DNA of 62,847 bases, counting the filler, from Stramenopiles sp. TOSAG23-6 (lineage: Eukaryota), in NCBI GenBank assembly GCA_900128565.1. It is 38 parts of 38 records of this genome, joined end to end, with 100 filler letters (N's around TTAATTAATTAA, not from the genome) between each part and the next. Parts side by side here need not be neighbours in the genome. Positions count along the whole stretch, not along the records: positions 53,059 to 54,607 come from LT638890.1; positions 54,708 to 56,256 come from LT638891.1; positions 56,357 to 57,905 come from LT638892.1; positions 58,006 to 59,553 come from LT638893.1; positions 59,654 to 61,201 come from LT638894.1; positions 61,302 to 62,847 come from LT638895.1; 32 more parts are not named here. One strand, 5' to 3'. The notes beneath the pieces are model-generated. The model saw nothing but the letters and a program-made list of their open reading frames with translations. It did not search any database and had not been told where the DNA came from. The position numbers and the translations under genes are program-made. Below are positions 53,059 to 62,847 of the stretch, piece after piece (the stretch's first letter is position 1; each line of letters opens with the position of its first letter).

Positions 53059-53592
53059 GAACTATCGGTTTCAAATAGAGAAGCACATAGATTTGCGATG
53101 CTTGGAATATTGAGTAGCCTTCCTTGTTCCGAAATGTCAGAAGCTAATTTTATTCTACACCAACAAGCTTTGCGAGGTATATTGAGTCAACTACCTTGTG
53201 ATGAACTATCCGTTGCAAATAGAGAAGCACATAGATTGGCGATGCTTGGAATATTGAGTACACTTCCTTGTAATATGCTTTCTAAAGAGAATAAAGAAGC
53301 ACATAAAAATGTGTATACATTTACACTAATGAACCTCCTCGCCGAAACGTTAAAGAAGTACACACAGAATTTACTGAGATCCTTTCATGAAGATGATAGT
53401 ATGCCACCTTCAGGAAGTACGATAAAATACAAAAACGAATCAGCTTCTACAAAAATCGAGGTTGTTTTATCTTCGGAGCTCATAGAAAGAGAAAGCAAGA
53501 TAGTGATGTTCAATGAACCGTATCTCGTTCACCCTGAGTGGAAACTTGTGGGACTTCGCATAATACCCAAGGAAGCAAAAAATGGCCATTAA
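53059..53592 (+). CDS. Unknown protein with ~22-aa tandem repeats (..AMLGILSxLPCxExSxAN)
   Basis: Three to four visible repeat units at DNA and protein level. Confidence 0.6.
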   Translation, partial: ELSVSNREAHRFAMLGILSSLPCSEMSEANFILHQQALRGILSQLPCDELSVANREAHRLAMLGILSTLPCNMLSKENKEAHKNVYTFTLMNLLAETLKKYTQNLLRSFHEDDSMPPSGSTIKYKNESASTKIEVVLSSELIERESKIVMFNEPYLVHPEWKLVGLRIIPKEAKNGH

Positions 53593-55349
53593 TTTGTTCA
53601 CAGAAATGACTCCAATTTCGCTATTTGAAGGGAATTTTGAACCAACATTACTTGAACAGCATTAAAAATAAATATACAATTTTAAGTGAATTACGAATTT
53701 ATAATCATGAATGACTTTCGATGACGTATGGTTTTGGAATTTTCTAAATCACGATAACTCTTATAAGGACTGCGTTGCAAAGCCAATCTATTATACTCAC
53801 TTTTGAAAGAAAGACACGAAGACACGTTAAATTGGCTTTCGTAGAAGCTTAATGATTACAGGCACGGTTTGAGATTGTTTTGCCGCCAATTCAGAAATAT
53901 TCCGTGGATCAGTTATATTTGCAATTGTATTCATTGAAAACTCAATGATTGTAGGTTCCTTTCGTTTAAGCAAGTCAGTCAGATCTTAAATTCCTCCAGT
54001 TGCACGAATTTCGCTGTTCAATAAGTATAGTATTATTGATAATTTATATGTATCTTCTGAGCAACAGAATGATCGAAAGATTAGCGCAACACTGAGAAAA
54101 AAAACATAATAGACATGTTGTAATATCTACCAGTAGTATGAATATGAATTCGTCTTGACGAGAAGTAAAGCTAAAGTACGAACTTGTTAACGTAATACTG
54201 GTACACAGTAGTACTACAACGCCAACGACGCGGACGGTTACGGTTACAAATCAGCTTAACGTACATAGCCTACTATTAGTGTACCCAGTAAATATATATA
54301 GTGCGTAGTGGTTTGTGTACTTTCGTTTCAACGAAGGAAAGAAAAACTAAGTACTGAAGCAAATCCAATTCATACTATTATTTTTCATTGTTACTTATTA
54401 TCTAAAAATGTTAATTATACTTACACTGCTTGAGCAAACATTAGATTGCTGAACTCAAAGCATGGAATTTGCTGGAGAGCTGACAGAGAAAAAGAAACCT
54501 GATTGGTCTCCAAATGAAAGTTCACGCTTCTCAAAAAACATCAAAACTGACCTGCGTCAAACGATACCAAAAGATAAACAATTATTCAACAGTGTGCACA
54601 GCCGGGGNNNNNNNNNNNNNNNNNNNNNNNNNNNNNNNNNNNNNNNNNNNNTTAATTAATTAANNNNNNNNNNNNNNNNNNNNNNNNNNNNNNNNNNNNN
54701 NNNNNNNAATCCTCTTCATTCAGAAATTCCTTGTGGTTGTTTTGTTTGTTCCTTCTGTATATAATCAAAAAGGATTAAATGATGTTAAGACAAAACATTT
54801 TTGAACAGTTGATTAACATCTTCAGGCAATTCATTTTATTATTATAGAAATCATTTGTTTTGTTCTTCCACTGCTTTGACTCACACGGTGTTGAACTGAT
54901 TCGTCCTTTAACTTCTTAACTTTCCCCCAAGATGAAGCTAACAGCTGCCNNNNNNNNNNNNNNNNNNNNNNNNNNNNNNNNNNNNNNNNNNNNNNNNNNN
55001 NNNNNNNNNNNNNNNNNNNNNNNNNNNNNNNNNNNNNNNNNNNNNNNNNNNNNNNNNNNNNNNNNNNNNNNNNNNNNNNNNNNNNNNNNNNNNNNNNNNN
55101 NNNNNNNNNNNNNNNNNNNNNNNNNAATCCTCTTCATTCAGAAATTCCTTGTGGTTGTTTTGTTTGTTCCTTCTGTATATAATCAAAAAGGATTAAATGA
55201 TGTTAAGACAAAACATTTTTGAACAGTTGATTAACATCTTCAGGCAATTCATTTTATTATTATAGAAATCATTTGTTTTGTTCTTCCACTGCTTTGACTC
55301 ACACGGTGTTGAACTGATTCGTCCTTTAACTTCTTAACTTTCCCCCAAG

Positions 55350-56023
55350 ATGAAGCTAACAGCTGCCAGGATAAATCGAATGGCCTTCTTTGCGAGAGCT
55401 TACGCTGCGTAAATGGGCTGTGCAAAGACTCTGGTGCTGCCCATGTCCAAGCTACGGGCATCGTAGGCAGCGTGGCGGGGTTCCTATGCTGCATTGCGTG
55501 CGGTGTCGGCTTGTACTTTGCGTTTCGACAAAAAAACAAAACCACCTACGTGCAGGTACCAAACCAGCACATGATGACTCCCCCTGCTGTTGCCTACGCT
55601 CCCCCAGTGGTACACCAACAACAAGCACCGGTCGTTTACGGCCAACAACCTCAACCAGGTATGTATGGACAGTACGGTCATCCGCAAGCGATGTCCGCCC
55701 AGCAACCGCCGATGGTACAAGTCCAGCAAAAACCAAATGCGCACACCCAGCAAGCGCAAGCGTTCCACGCACCCGCTGGTCATCAGCCGATAATGGCGCC
55801 GCAAATGCAAGTGTCACAACAACCGCAAGTGTCACAACAACCGCAAGTGCGACAACCAAATATCCAAACGGTAACGGTGCCACCTGGATATGGCGAGGGG
55901 CAAAAGAAAAAGATCATTAAGCTGAAATTCAACGGGATTGAGCATAAAATCAAAATCCCGGAAGGCAAGGGTCCTGGTAACACGTTTGCTGTTAACCTAG
56001 ATTTGTTGCCAAGAAGCAAGTAA
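55350..56023 (+). CDS. Single-pass membrane protein: Cys-rich stub, TM helix, Pro/Gln-rich tail
   Basis: Frame open from a pyrimidine-rich AAG acceptor at 55349; GC content visibly higher than the other contigs. Confidence 0.65.
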
Positions 56024-56416
56024 TTGCGGGTTGCAATGGCATTAAATCGCAAGAACCAAGTCGAAAAGAAAAGGTGTGTAATGTACCTTACTGCGCCTTT
56101 TAAAAAAATGTGAAAATAACCGTTGTGGCGTGCTTCGTGCGAACGAACGTGCAGTTTATTTTAACCTCTTCTGCTCTCTTGTTGTTTAAGAATTGTTTTA
56201 AACAAAAAATTGGCTGTTATTTAAGTAATTAAAATGTTCTTGTTTAAGAATTTAAANNNNNNNNNNNNNNNNNNNNNNNNNNNNNNNNNNNNNNNNNNNN
56301 TTAATTAATTAANNNNNNNNNNNNNNNNNNNNNNNNNNNNNNNNNNNNNNNNNNNNGAAATTTTGTACCTAACGATTTTTTTTAGATTTTTTTTGAAATA
56401 TTTTTCCAAAACACAT

Positions 56417-56911
56417 GAAAACTATAAATTTCTTTCTAATTTCCACCCTCGCCCAAAGACAGCATATGCAGCGATAGTATCGTCAAAATATAGACAAAAT
56501 AATAAAGCAAAATATTCATTGGGTGAAAAATCTTCATTAAATGTGTTTGATATTGATGAAGAAAAAGATTTGGTTCGAGCAAGATCGAGCTACAACCAAA
56601 GACTTCATAAAATAGTGCCTACAATTGGCATCAAATTACATAGGCAACCAAACTCGGATTCAGCGAACTTATTTTGTTTAGATCGATTAAGACCAAAAAC
56701 ACCAGCACCAATAACAGATCCTTCTATGAAACATCTTTGGATGAAACCATGGCTAGCGCTTGATAGTATTACAGGNNNNNNNNNNNNNNNNNNNNNNNNN
56801 NCTCCAAGATATCAAAGTAGATCGTCAACTTCAACAACTCCGGTGTCAATGAGAGCTCTATTAAATAGCAGGGATGACTATTACTGGCGACGAACAGTTT
56901 CTAGATGTTAG
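56417..56911 (+). CDS. Last exon of unknown protein
   Basis: Open frame after acceptor TTTTCCAAAACACAT. Confidence 0.5.
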   Translation, partial: ENYKFLSNFHPRPKTAYAAIVSSKYRQNNKAKYSLGEKSSLNVFDIDEEKDLVRARSSYNQRLHKIVPTIGIKLHRQPNSDSANLFCLDRLRPKTPAPITDPSMKHLWMKPWLALDSITXXXXXXXXXXPRYQSRSSTSTTPVSMRALLNSRDDYYWRRTVSRC

Positions 56912-58214
56912 TACATAAATAAAATAGACTAAAGTTATGTAAAAATAGAAAAATAAAAGCAAATTTATGCACTATCAGAACTAACTTCTTTCTTAATGAT
57001 TACTTCTGGCTCAAATCACTTGTGAAGGAAAAGTAATATATTGCTATAACTATGAGAACTACTTTGGCGCGTAAAAATTACTAATACTCTGGGTTCCTGC
57101 GGTTCCATTTTTAGTCAAACGCGACTGGCTATTATTAGTTGACTNNNNNNNNNNNNNNNNNNNNNNNNNNNNNNNNNNNNNNNNNNNNNNNNNNNNNNNN
57201 NNNNNNNNNNNNNNNNNNNNNNNNNNNNNNNNNNNNNNNNNNNNNNNNNNNNNNNNNNNNNNNNNNNNNNNNNNNNNNNNNNNNNNNNNNNNNNNNNNNN
57301 NNNNNNNNNNNNNNNNNNNNNNNNNNNNNNNNNNNNNNNNNNNNNNNNNNNNNNNNNNNNNNNNNNNNNNNNNNATTCGCTTTATTCGAGCTGCGGGCAA
57401 AACCGTCTTTGTCGCATCATCTGTTTTCTCTCTGATGCTGCAAAGACTGATACTCACCGTTAGCATCGGCAACTAAGGAGGAAATAAACGCATCAAAACT
57501 CACTTCATCCTTTCCCCTTGGTTGAGCTAGACAAGTCATTAATGATTTTGTCTCGGGTGATTTCAAGCCCATTTTATCAAACCGTTGTTGCAGTAATCGT
57601 AGAGAGAATCCTTTACGTCTNNNNNNNNNNNNNNNNNNNNNNNNNNNNNNNNNNNNNNNATTCGCTTTATTCGAGCTGCGGGCAAAACCGTCTTTGTCGC
57701 ATCATCTGTTTTCTCTCTGATGCTGCAAAGACTGATACTCACCGTTAGCATCGGCAACTAAGGAGGAAATAAACGCATCAAAACTCACTTCATCCTTTCC
57801 CCTTGGTTGAGCTAGACAAGTCATTAATGATTTTGTCTCGGGTGATTTCAAGCCCATTTTATCAAACCGTTGTTGCAGTAATCGTAGAGAGAATCCTTTA
57901 CGTCTNNNNNNNNNNNNNNNNNNNNNNNNNNNNNNNNNNNNNNNNNNNNTTAATTAATTAANNNNNNNNNNNNNNNNNNNNNNNNNNNNNNNNNNNNNNN
58001 NNNNNTTCTTCTTACAGATATCTACTACGTAGTACGGAGTTGGATTTATTGACAATGTCAAAGCTACGGTTACAACAAAAAATTACTTAAATTTGGGAGC
58101 CATCAAAACTCTTAATAAAAAAAAAGATCTCTCAAATCAAAGCCTCCTTACAATAAAAGGTTAAGGTTATAAAAACACCAAGGTAACAAGGAAAACAGTA
58201 AGACTTGCTAAATC

Positions 58215-58586
58215 ATGGGAGGAAAGGCCTCGAAAGCATGTGAGAAAGCATATTATGACTACCAGGCTTCAATAAATACAGCGCTTGATTGGGAGGTAAA
58301 GGCAAAGGGGTACGAGAAGTCTATAAACGAATGGAAAGCCAAGGCTGATGAAGGAGATGAAAAGGCCAAAGAGTCCGTGGCAAATTTTACGAAATTTCGC
58401 GATGATATGTTGAAGCATGTAGCAACACATAAGTGGTACGCACAACAGGCCCTGACTGAGTATGAGAAATTAAAGGCCAAGGCCGGCAAGTCGTACGACG
58501 CGGCGGCAGAGAATGATCCAATTCCTAATACAAAAATACAATGGGCTTTTCCAGATGTTGAGGCGAAAAAACCTGAGAATGAATAA
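58215..58586 (+). CDS. Small helical protein with a putative N-myristoylation start (MGGKAS)
   Basis: Complete intronless ORF, MGxxxS motif. Confidence 0.65.
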   Translation: MGGKASKACEKAYYDYQASINTALDWEVKAKGYEKSINEWKAKADEGDEKAKESVANFTKFRDDMLKHVATHKWYAQQALTEYEKLKAKAGKSYDAAAENDPIPNTKIQWAFPDVEAKKPENE

Positions 58587-58923
58587 ATACAGTATCGGTA
58601 TATATATATATATATATGCTTGAGTACACATATATAATTGATTGCTTGTGTGTGTTTTATAAACAAACAATCTACATATAAACATAAAACTATTTTTGTT
58701 TTTTTTGGTGTGAAAAAATATTTGATTTCGTGTTTTTCTTTTCCAACGGTTGATTTTTCGATTTTTTTTTTTCTTTTCAAAGATTTTTTCTTGAGGATAT
58801 GTTTCGATTCAACTTCAAAAACCCAATTTTTCTTTAGACGTTTTGCCATTGTACGAGTGATATACGCTACAAAAGTACGACAACATATATATCTCTTATT
58901 ATCTCTGATTATAATTCTTCAAG

Positions 58924-59535
58924 ATGTCTGAAACAGTCACAAACTGTACTGATGAAAAAACAGCAAAGAAGAGAGTCTTACGTCGTAAAAACAGTATGAA
59001 AGGTTTAACTTTTGCAGAAATCATGGCAGCTCGTCTTGCCAAATCAGGAGAAGGAATTACAGCCAAGGCTTCGCCTTCAACAGCAACACACGGAGCGCAT
59101 ACAACTCTAGAAGATACAAGAGAATCATCTCATTTTGAAGCAATTAAAAATCAATTTTATCAGAAAAAAAAATCATTTGAATTTGACGATGCACACATAA
59201 CTCAATCTGTTGGTGTTGATAGTACGGCTGATGGAGTTAGTGAACTCCATTCACACCGAAATGATTTTAAAATGTTGACAGACTTTGAAGAGAAACTTAA
59301 ACTATTCAAAGGAACACAAAAAGAAAAAGAAGAATTTATAAAAAAATTTGAACAAAAACATAATTGGACATATAAAAAAACGTATGCAAAAATAATAGAC
59401 GCTAAAACAGATGAAATTGATGAAGAAATGGCTCAAGTAGAAAAAGAGGCTAAAGCAAAACAAGCAAAAAAAGAGGCTGAAGAAAAAGCAAAAAAAACAA
59501 AAAAAGAAGCTGAAGAAAAAGCAAAAAAAGCATAG
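58924..59535 (+). CDS. Lys/Glu/Ala-rich hypothetical protein
   Basis: Complete 203-aa ORF. Confidence 0.6.
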   Translation: MSETVTNCTDEKTAKKRVLRRKNSMKGLTFAEIMAARLAKSGEGITAKASPSTATHGAHTTLEDTRESSHFEAIKNQFYQKKKSFEFDDAHITQSVGVDSTADGVSELHSHRNDFKMLTDFEEKLKLFKGTQKEKEEFIKKFEQKHNWTYKKTYAKIIDAKTDEIDEEMAQVEKEAKAKQAKKEAEEKAKKTKKEAEEKAKKA

Positions 59536-60011
59536 GAAGCACAAAAAGCATAANNNNNNNNNNNNNNNNNNNNNNNNNNNNNNNNNNNNNNNNNNNNTTA
59601 ATTAATTAANNNNNNNNNNNNNNNNNNNNNNNNNNNNNNNNNNNNNNNNNNNNATATACCGAGTGTAATATATTCATACAGTACATTGTTTTGCCATTTG
59701 GTTTAAATAAAATAAAAACCAAAATTTAACCAACAACATTATTATGACACGTGTACCTGCACCATATATATTCTTAAAGCTAAATTGTTTTTTTAATACC
59801 TACATTTTTTTTCGTTTTTAAAAAAAAAACCGTTTATTAGAGCCAGTTCCTACGGTACCTAGAGGCCTACTAGTACCTTTCAGTGCACTTTCAGCCCGTT
59901 TTGTGCTTTCCCTATTCCGATTTGTTTTGCTTGAAATATAATTGAAAAGCAAGTCCTTCACGTCTATCCTTACATAAGTCGCCATTTATACCCAGATATT
60001 TATAATAAACA

Positions 60012-61201
60012 ATGAGGAAGCTTTTATTGATCATATGTTTATATCAAAGCATGTATATAACATTGAGCAGTCATTCTGGGCAAAGACAGTTCTCTGAAGA
60101 AGAAATGTTCTATGAGATTTCCAACGCGGATTCCGTATTACAAACACTTCATAAAGCACTCTCAGCACCACCAGGAATATTTGATGAAATAGATCGTCGC
60201 AATTTCGTATACTTGAATGAGAAGATCGCAAGTGAGAGAGCAAGTCTAGCGATGACATATACTCAGGTATTTGGTGAGAGAATCCCGGATATATTTACTG
60301 CATCTTCAATGGCATCTAATGTATTACGTCCAGTCTTCTATCCACCACCAGATCCACCACCAGTTGAGTCGAGGCGTGAATCACCACATCCAAAGGTTCA
60401 TGAACCACTTGCATTACAACCACTTCAATTAGGCCGTGCTACACCATATCCAAGTTCTCATCTACGTACGGGATCACCAAATATGTGGGAAACAGTATCT
60501 CGAGTCGAACCTGAACTCAACCATAATACACATGTACGTGTCAAGTGTCCTGAATTACAACACCCTGCAGAGACTGAGATTCCAAAAATATCAATCGAAT
60601 TGATACAACAAAAATTGACAGTGATAAAATCTCAACCACAAGGTAAATGGGGGGATGAAATAAAAGATAAGGCTCTCAAATTGCTGAAGGAAATACTACC
60701 CGACGATGATGTTCAGGTCGTTTTTTCTGGATCCTCCGAGTATGGTTTATTCATGCGATACATATCGGATGTTGATGTGCTTATCACAAATCCGGTCTTT
60801 GGAGATAAAAGCAAGGGAATGCAGTATTTGAGGGAATTATCAGAACAATTGAGTCGTAGAAGTGATAAAAGAATAGCTCATGTCGAATTAATACCGAGTT
60901 CAAACTTCCCAATGGTTTCATTCACTTTGGATGGCGATAAAATTGAAATATTACTTAAAAACCCTTCTGTGGATGAAAGGAAAAGTATAAGCGATACGCA
61001 ACGTACGTTCAGGGTATTTAGATCGATGAATATACGCGAACTGAATTTTCTCTTGAAATTGTATCTCAATCATCAAAATCTAAATGGTCCCAAGGGATTG
61101 ACATCATATATGATTGTTCAAATGACACGATTTTTCCTTGGACAGTATAATGCCGTTTTGGAAGACAAAAGTGTCACTGAAATATTGGTCCATTTTTTGA
61201 A
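60012..61201 (+). CDS. Pol-beta superfamily nucleotidyltransferase (Trf4/Cid1/TENT-like) with N-terminal hydrophobic leader
   Basis: VFSGSSEYGLFMRYISDVDVLI, FPMVSF, LKLYL..QNLN..KGLTSYMIVQM. Confidence 0.8.
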
Positions 61202-61538
61202 NNNNNNNNNNNNNNNNNNNNNNNNNNNNNNNNNNNNNNNNNNNNTTAATTAATTAANNNNNNNNNNNNNNNNNNNNNNNNNNNNNNNNNNNNNNNNNNN
61301 NTGTATTTTGGAAAAATATTTCAAAAAAAATCTAAAAAAAATTGTTAGGTACAAAATTTTTATAAAAAAAAAAATCGATATTTTTGTTTAAAAAAAAAAT
61401 AAAACGTACATATAAATCATTTAATAAAACACGAAACTCAAACCAGGATAATTTTGTAGTGTGAAAAATATTCTTGTTGTAGTAAAAAATATGTTGTTAG
61501 GTATGAAATTATCTTTCAAAAAAAAAAAAAAAATTTAA

Positions 61539-61585
<47 letters not shown>

Positions 61586-61841
61586 ATTGAATTAAATTGA
61601 ATTGAATTGAATGATGAAAACAAACTCAAACGTGAATTATTTACATTTGTTTTGGATGTATTTGTACTATATTCTTGTATGTGTAGTGAAATAATATATA
61701 ACAATATAAACATGTTTAGAATCCCGAATTTTCTATAAAAATATTTCTACTATTTTCCATTCTAGAAAAAAAAAAATAAAAAAATAAAAAAAAATCGTTA
61801 GGTACGAAATTTCGTACGAAAAAAAAATAAAATAAACCTAC

Positions 61842-62790
61842 ATTAAAGATGTGAGTAACTCGCGAAGCGAAAAGGAAGAAAATAATTTCAATAATTCTGG
61901 AAGTATTAAGATTTCATCTATATCACATGAATATCGTATTCTACCCAATCTTGGACGAAATAGTATAGAATTTTGTAGGAAAATTTCATAATGAATATTT
62001 TCAATTATTTTTGATGATTTTGGAGATTTTGGAGATTTTGGAGATTTTTTTTGGATGACTTGAAACGAAATTTGATGTAAAGCTTGCTGGAAACCAATGA
62101 AATCAATACCAGGTAAGTTTTTTTTATGTGTTTGATGTGTTTTATGTGTTTGATGTGTTTTTTGTGTTTTTTGTGTGTAAGTACCAATAATATCTTTATC
62201 ATTTTTATCATTTTTAGATTGAACCAAATTTTGAAATATTTTACAAGCGGTTTTCGTGTCAAGTTTGGCATTTTCTGTCGTCTCTGTATTTTGTTTTATA
62301 CGAAATTTTGTATTATTTATTTGTTTTGTATTTTTCATAATGATGTCACAATCTTCCAAAAATTTCAGCCATTCTCTTTTTCGTAAACAATTAATTAAAT
62401 TAGGCTCAATAAATGTTGAATAATAAGTGAAAATTCTCCATAACTCATGTTTTGTGAATTAATATTTGAAAAAAAATCTAAAAAAATTTGTTAGGTACAA
62501 AATTTCGTACGAAAAAAAAAAAAAAATTGAAAAAAAAATAAAACATACATACTGTCGATCACTTTGTTGTTGACCATTTGATATTTTTGAAAGTTTTGAA
62601 AGTTTTATATTTTTTATATTTTTTGATGTATTGTTTGATGTATTGTTTGATAATTTTGTAGTATTTATTATTGATTTTGTGTTGCCATTGTAGACTTTTA
62701 TTAATTCATTCTTTGAATCTAAATCGTTGTTTTCTATACAATGAGTTGAAACACTATTTTGATCTTTTTTGTGTATATTGTTTTGCATTA
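61842..62790 (-). CDS. Unknown protein fragment; GT-AT intron 62447-62548
   Basis: In-frame join RQY|ELWRIFTYYS; a long open frame follows. Confidence 0.55.
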
Positions 62791-62847
62791 TTTTTTTTGT
62801 ATTTTTTGTATTTTTTGTATTTTTTGTATTTTTTGTATTTTTTGTAT

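Noticed and set aside
54708-57905. Direct repeats 54708-54949/55126-55367 and 57375-57620/57660-57905 as LTRs
   Set aside because: Each pair flanks an N gap and ends at a contig edge, which is typical of unmerged scaffold overlaps.
14960-62847. Functional gene clustering across the window
   Set aside because: Contig order reflects length sorting, so adjacency across linkers has no meaning.

Overview
This window is not contiguous DNA. It is about 38 short (~1.55 kb), length-sorted contigs of an AT-rich microbial eukaryote, joined by artificial N44-TTAATTAATTAA-N44 linkers. One contig is present 8 times (1664-14859) and another twice (38186-41393). The contigs carry fragments of ordinary eukaryotic genes: DHHC palmitoyltransferase, FHIP, VPS18, a U-box protein, DNA2, EF-G, SBDS, CDPK, GH31, VPS13, a DEAH helicase, a Cu-ATPase, an HMG/PHD protein, prolyl oligopeptidase, PRP16/DHX38, DRG, a USP, CDC14 and a Trf4/Cid1-like nucleotidyltransferase. 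The main result is the intron system. Nearly all introns (mostly ~85-230 nt) belong to one stereotyped family: donor GTAYGTTTT, a palindrome plus branch core TTTCGTACGAAATTTTGTACCTAAC, and a 3' end TTTTCCAAAATACAT or TTTCACAATACAT. Restoring conserved protein motifs requires splicing at GT...AT rather than GT...AG. Of 33 introns I scored by hand, 29 end in AT, 2 in AG, 1 in GT and 1 in TT. The ends form inverted repeats and are often flanked by an AT direct repeat, which suggests an introner (MITE-like) origin and a spliceosome with a rewired 3' splice site. All splice calls are inferred from DNA and protein conservation, without transcript data.
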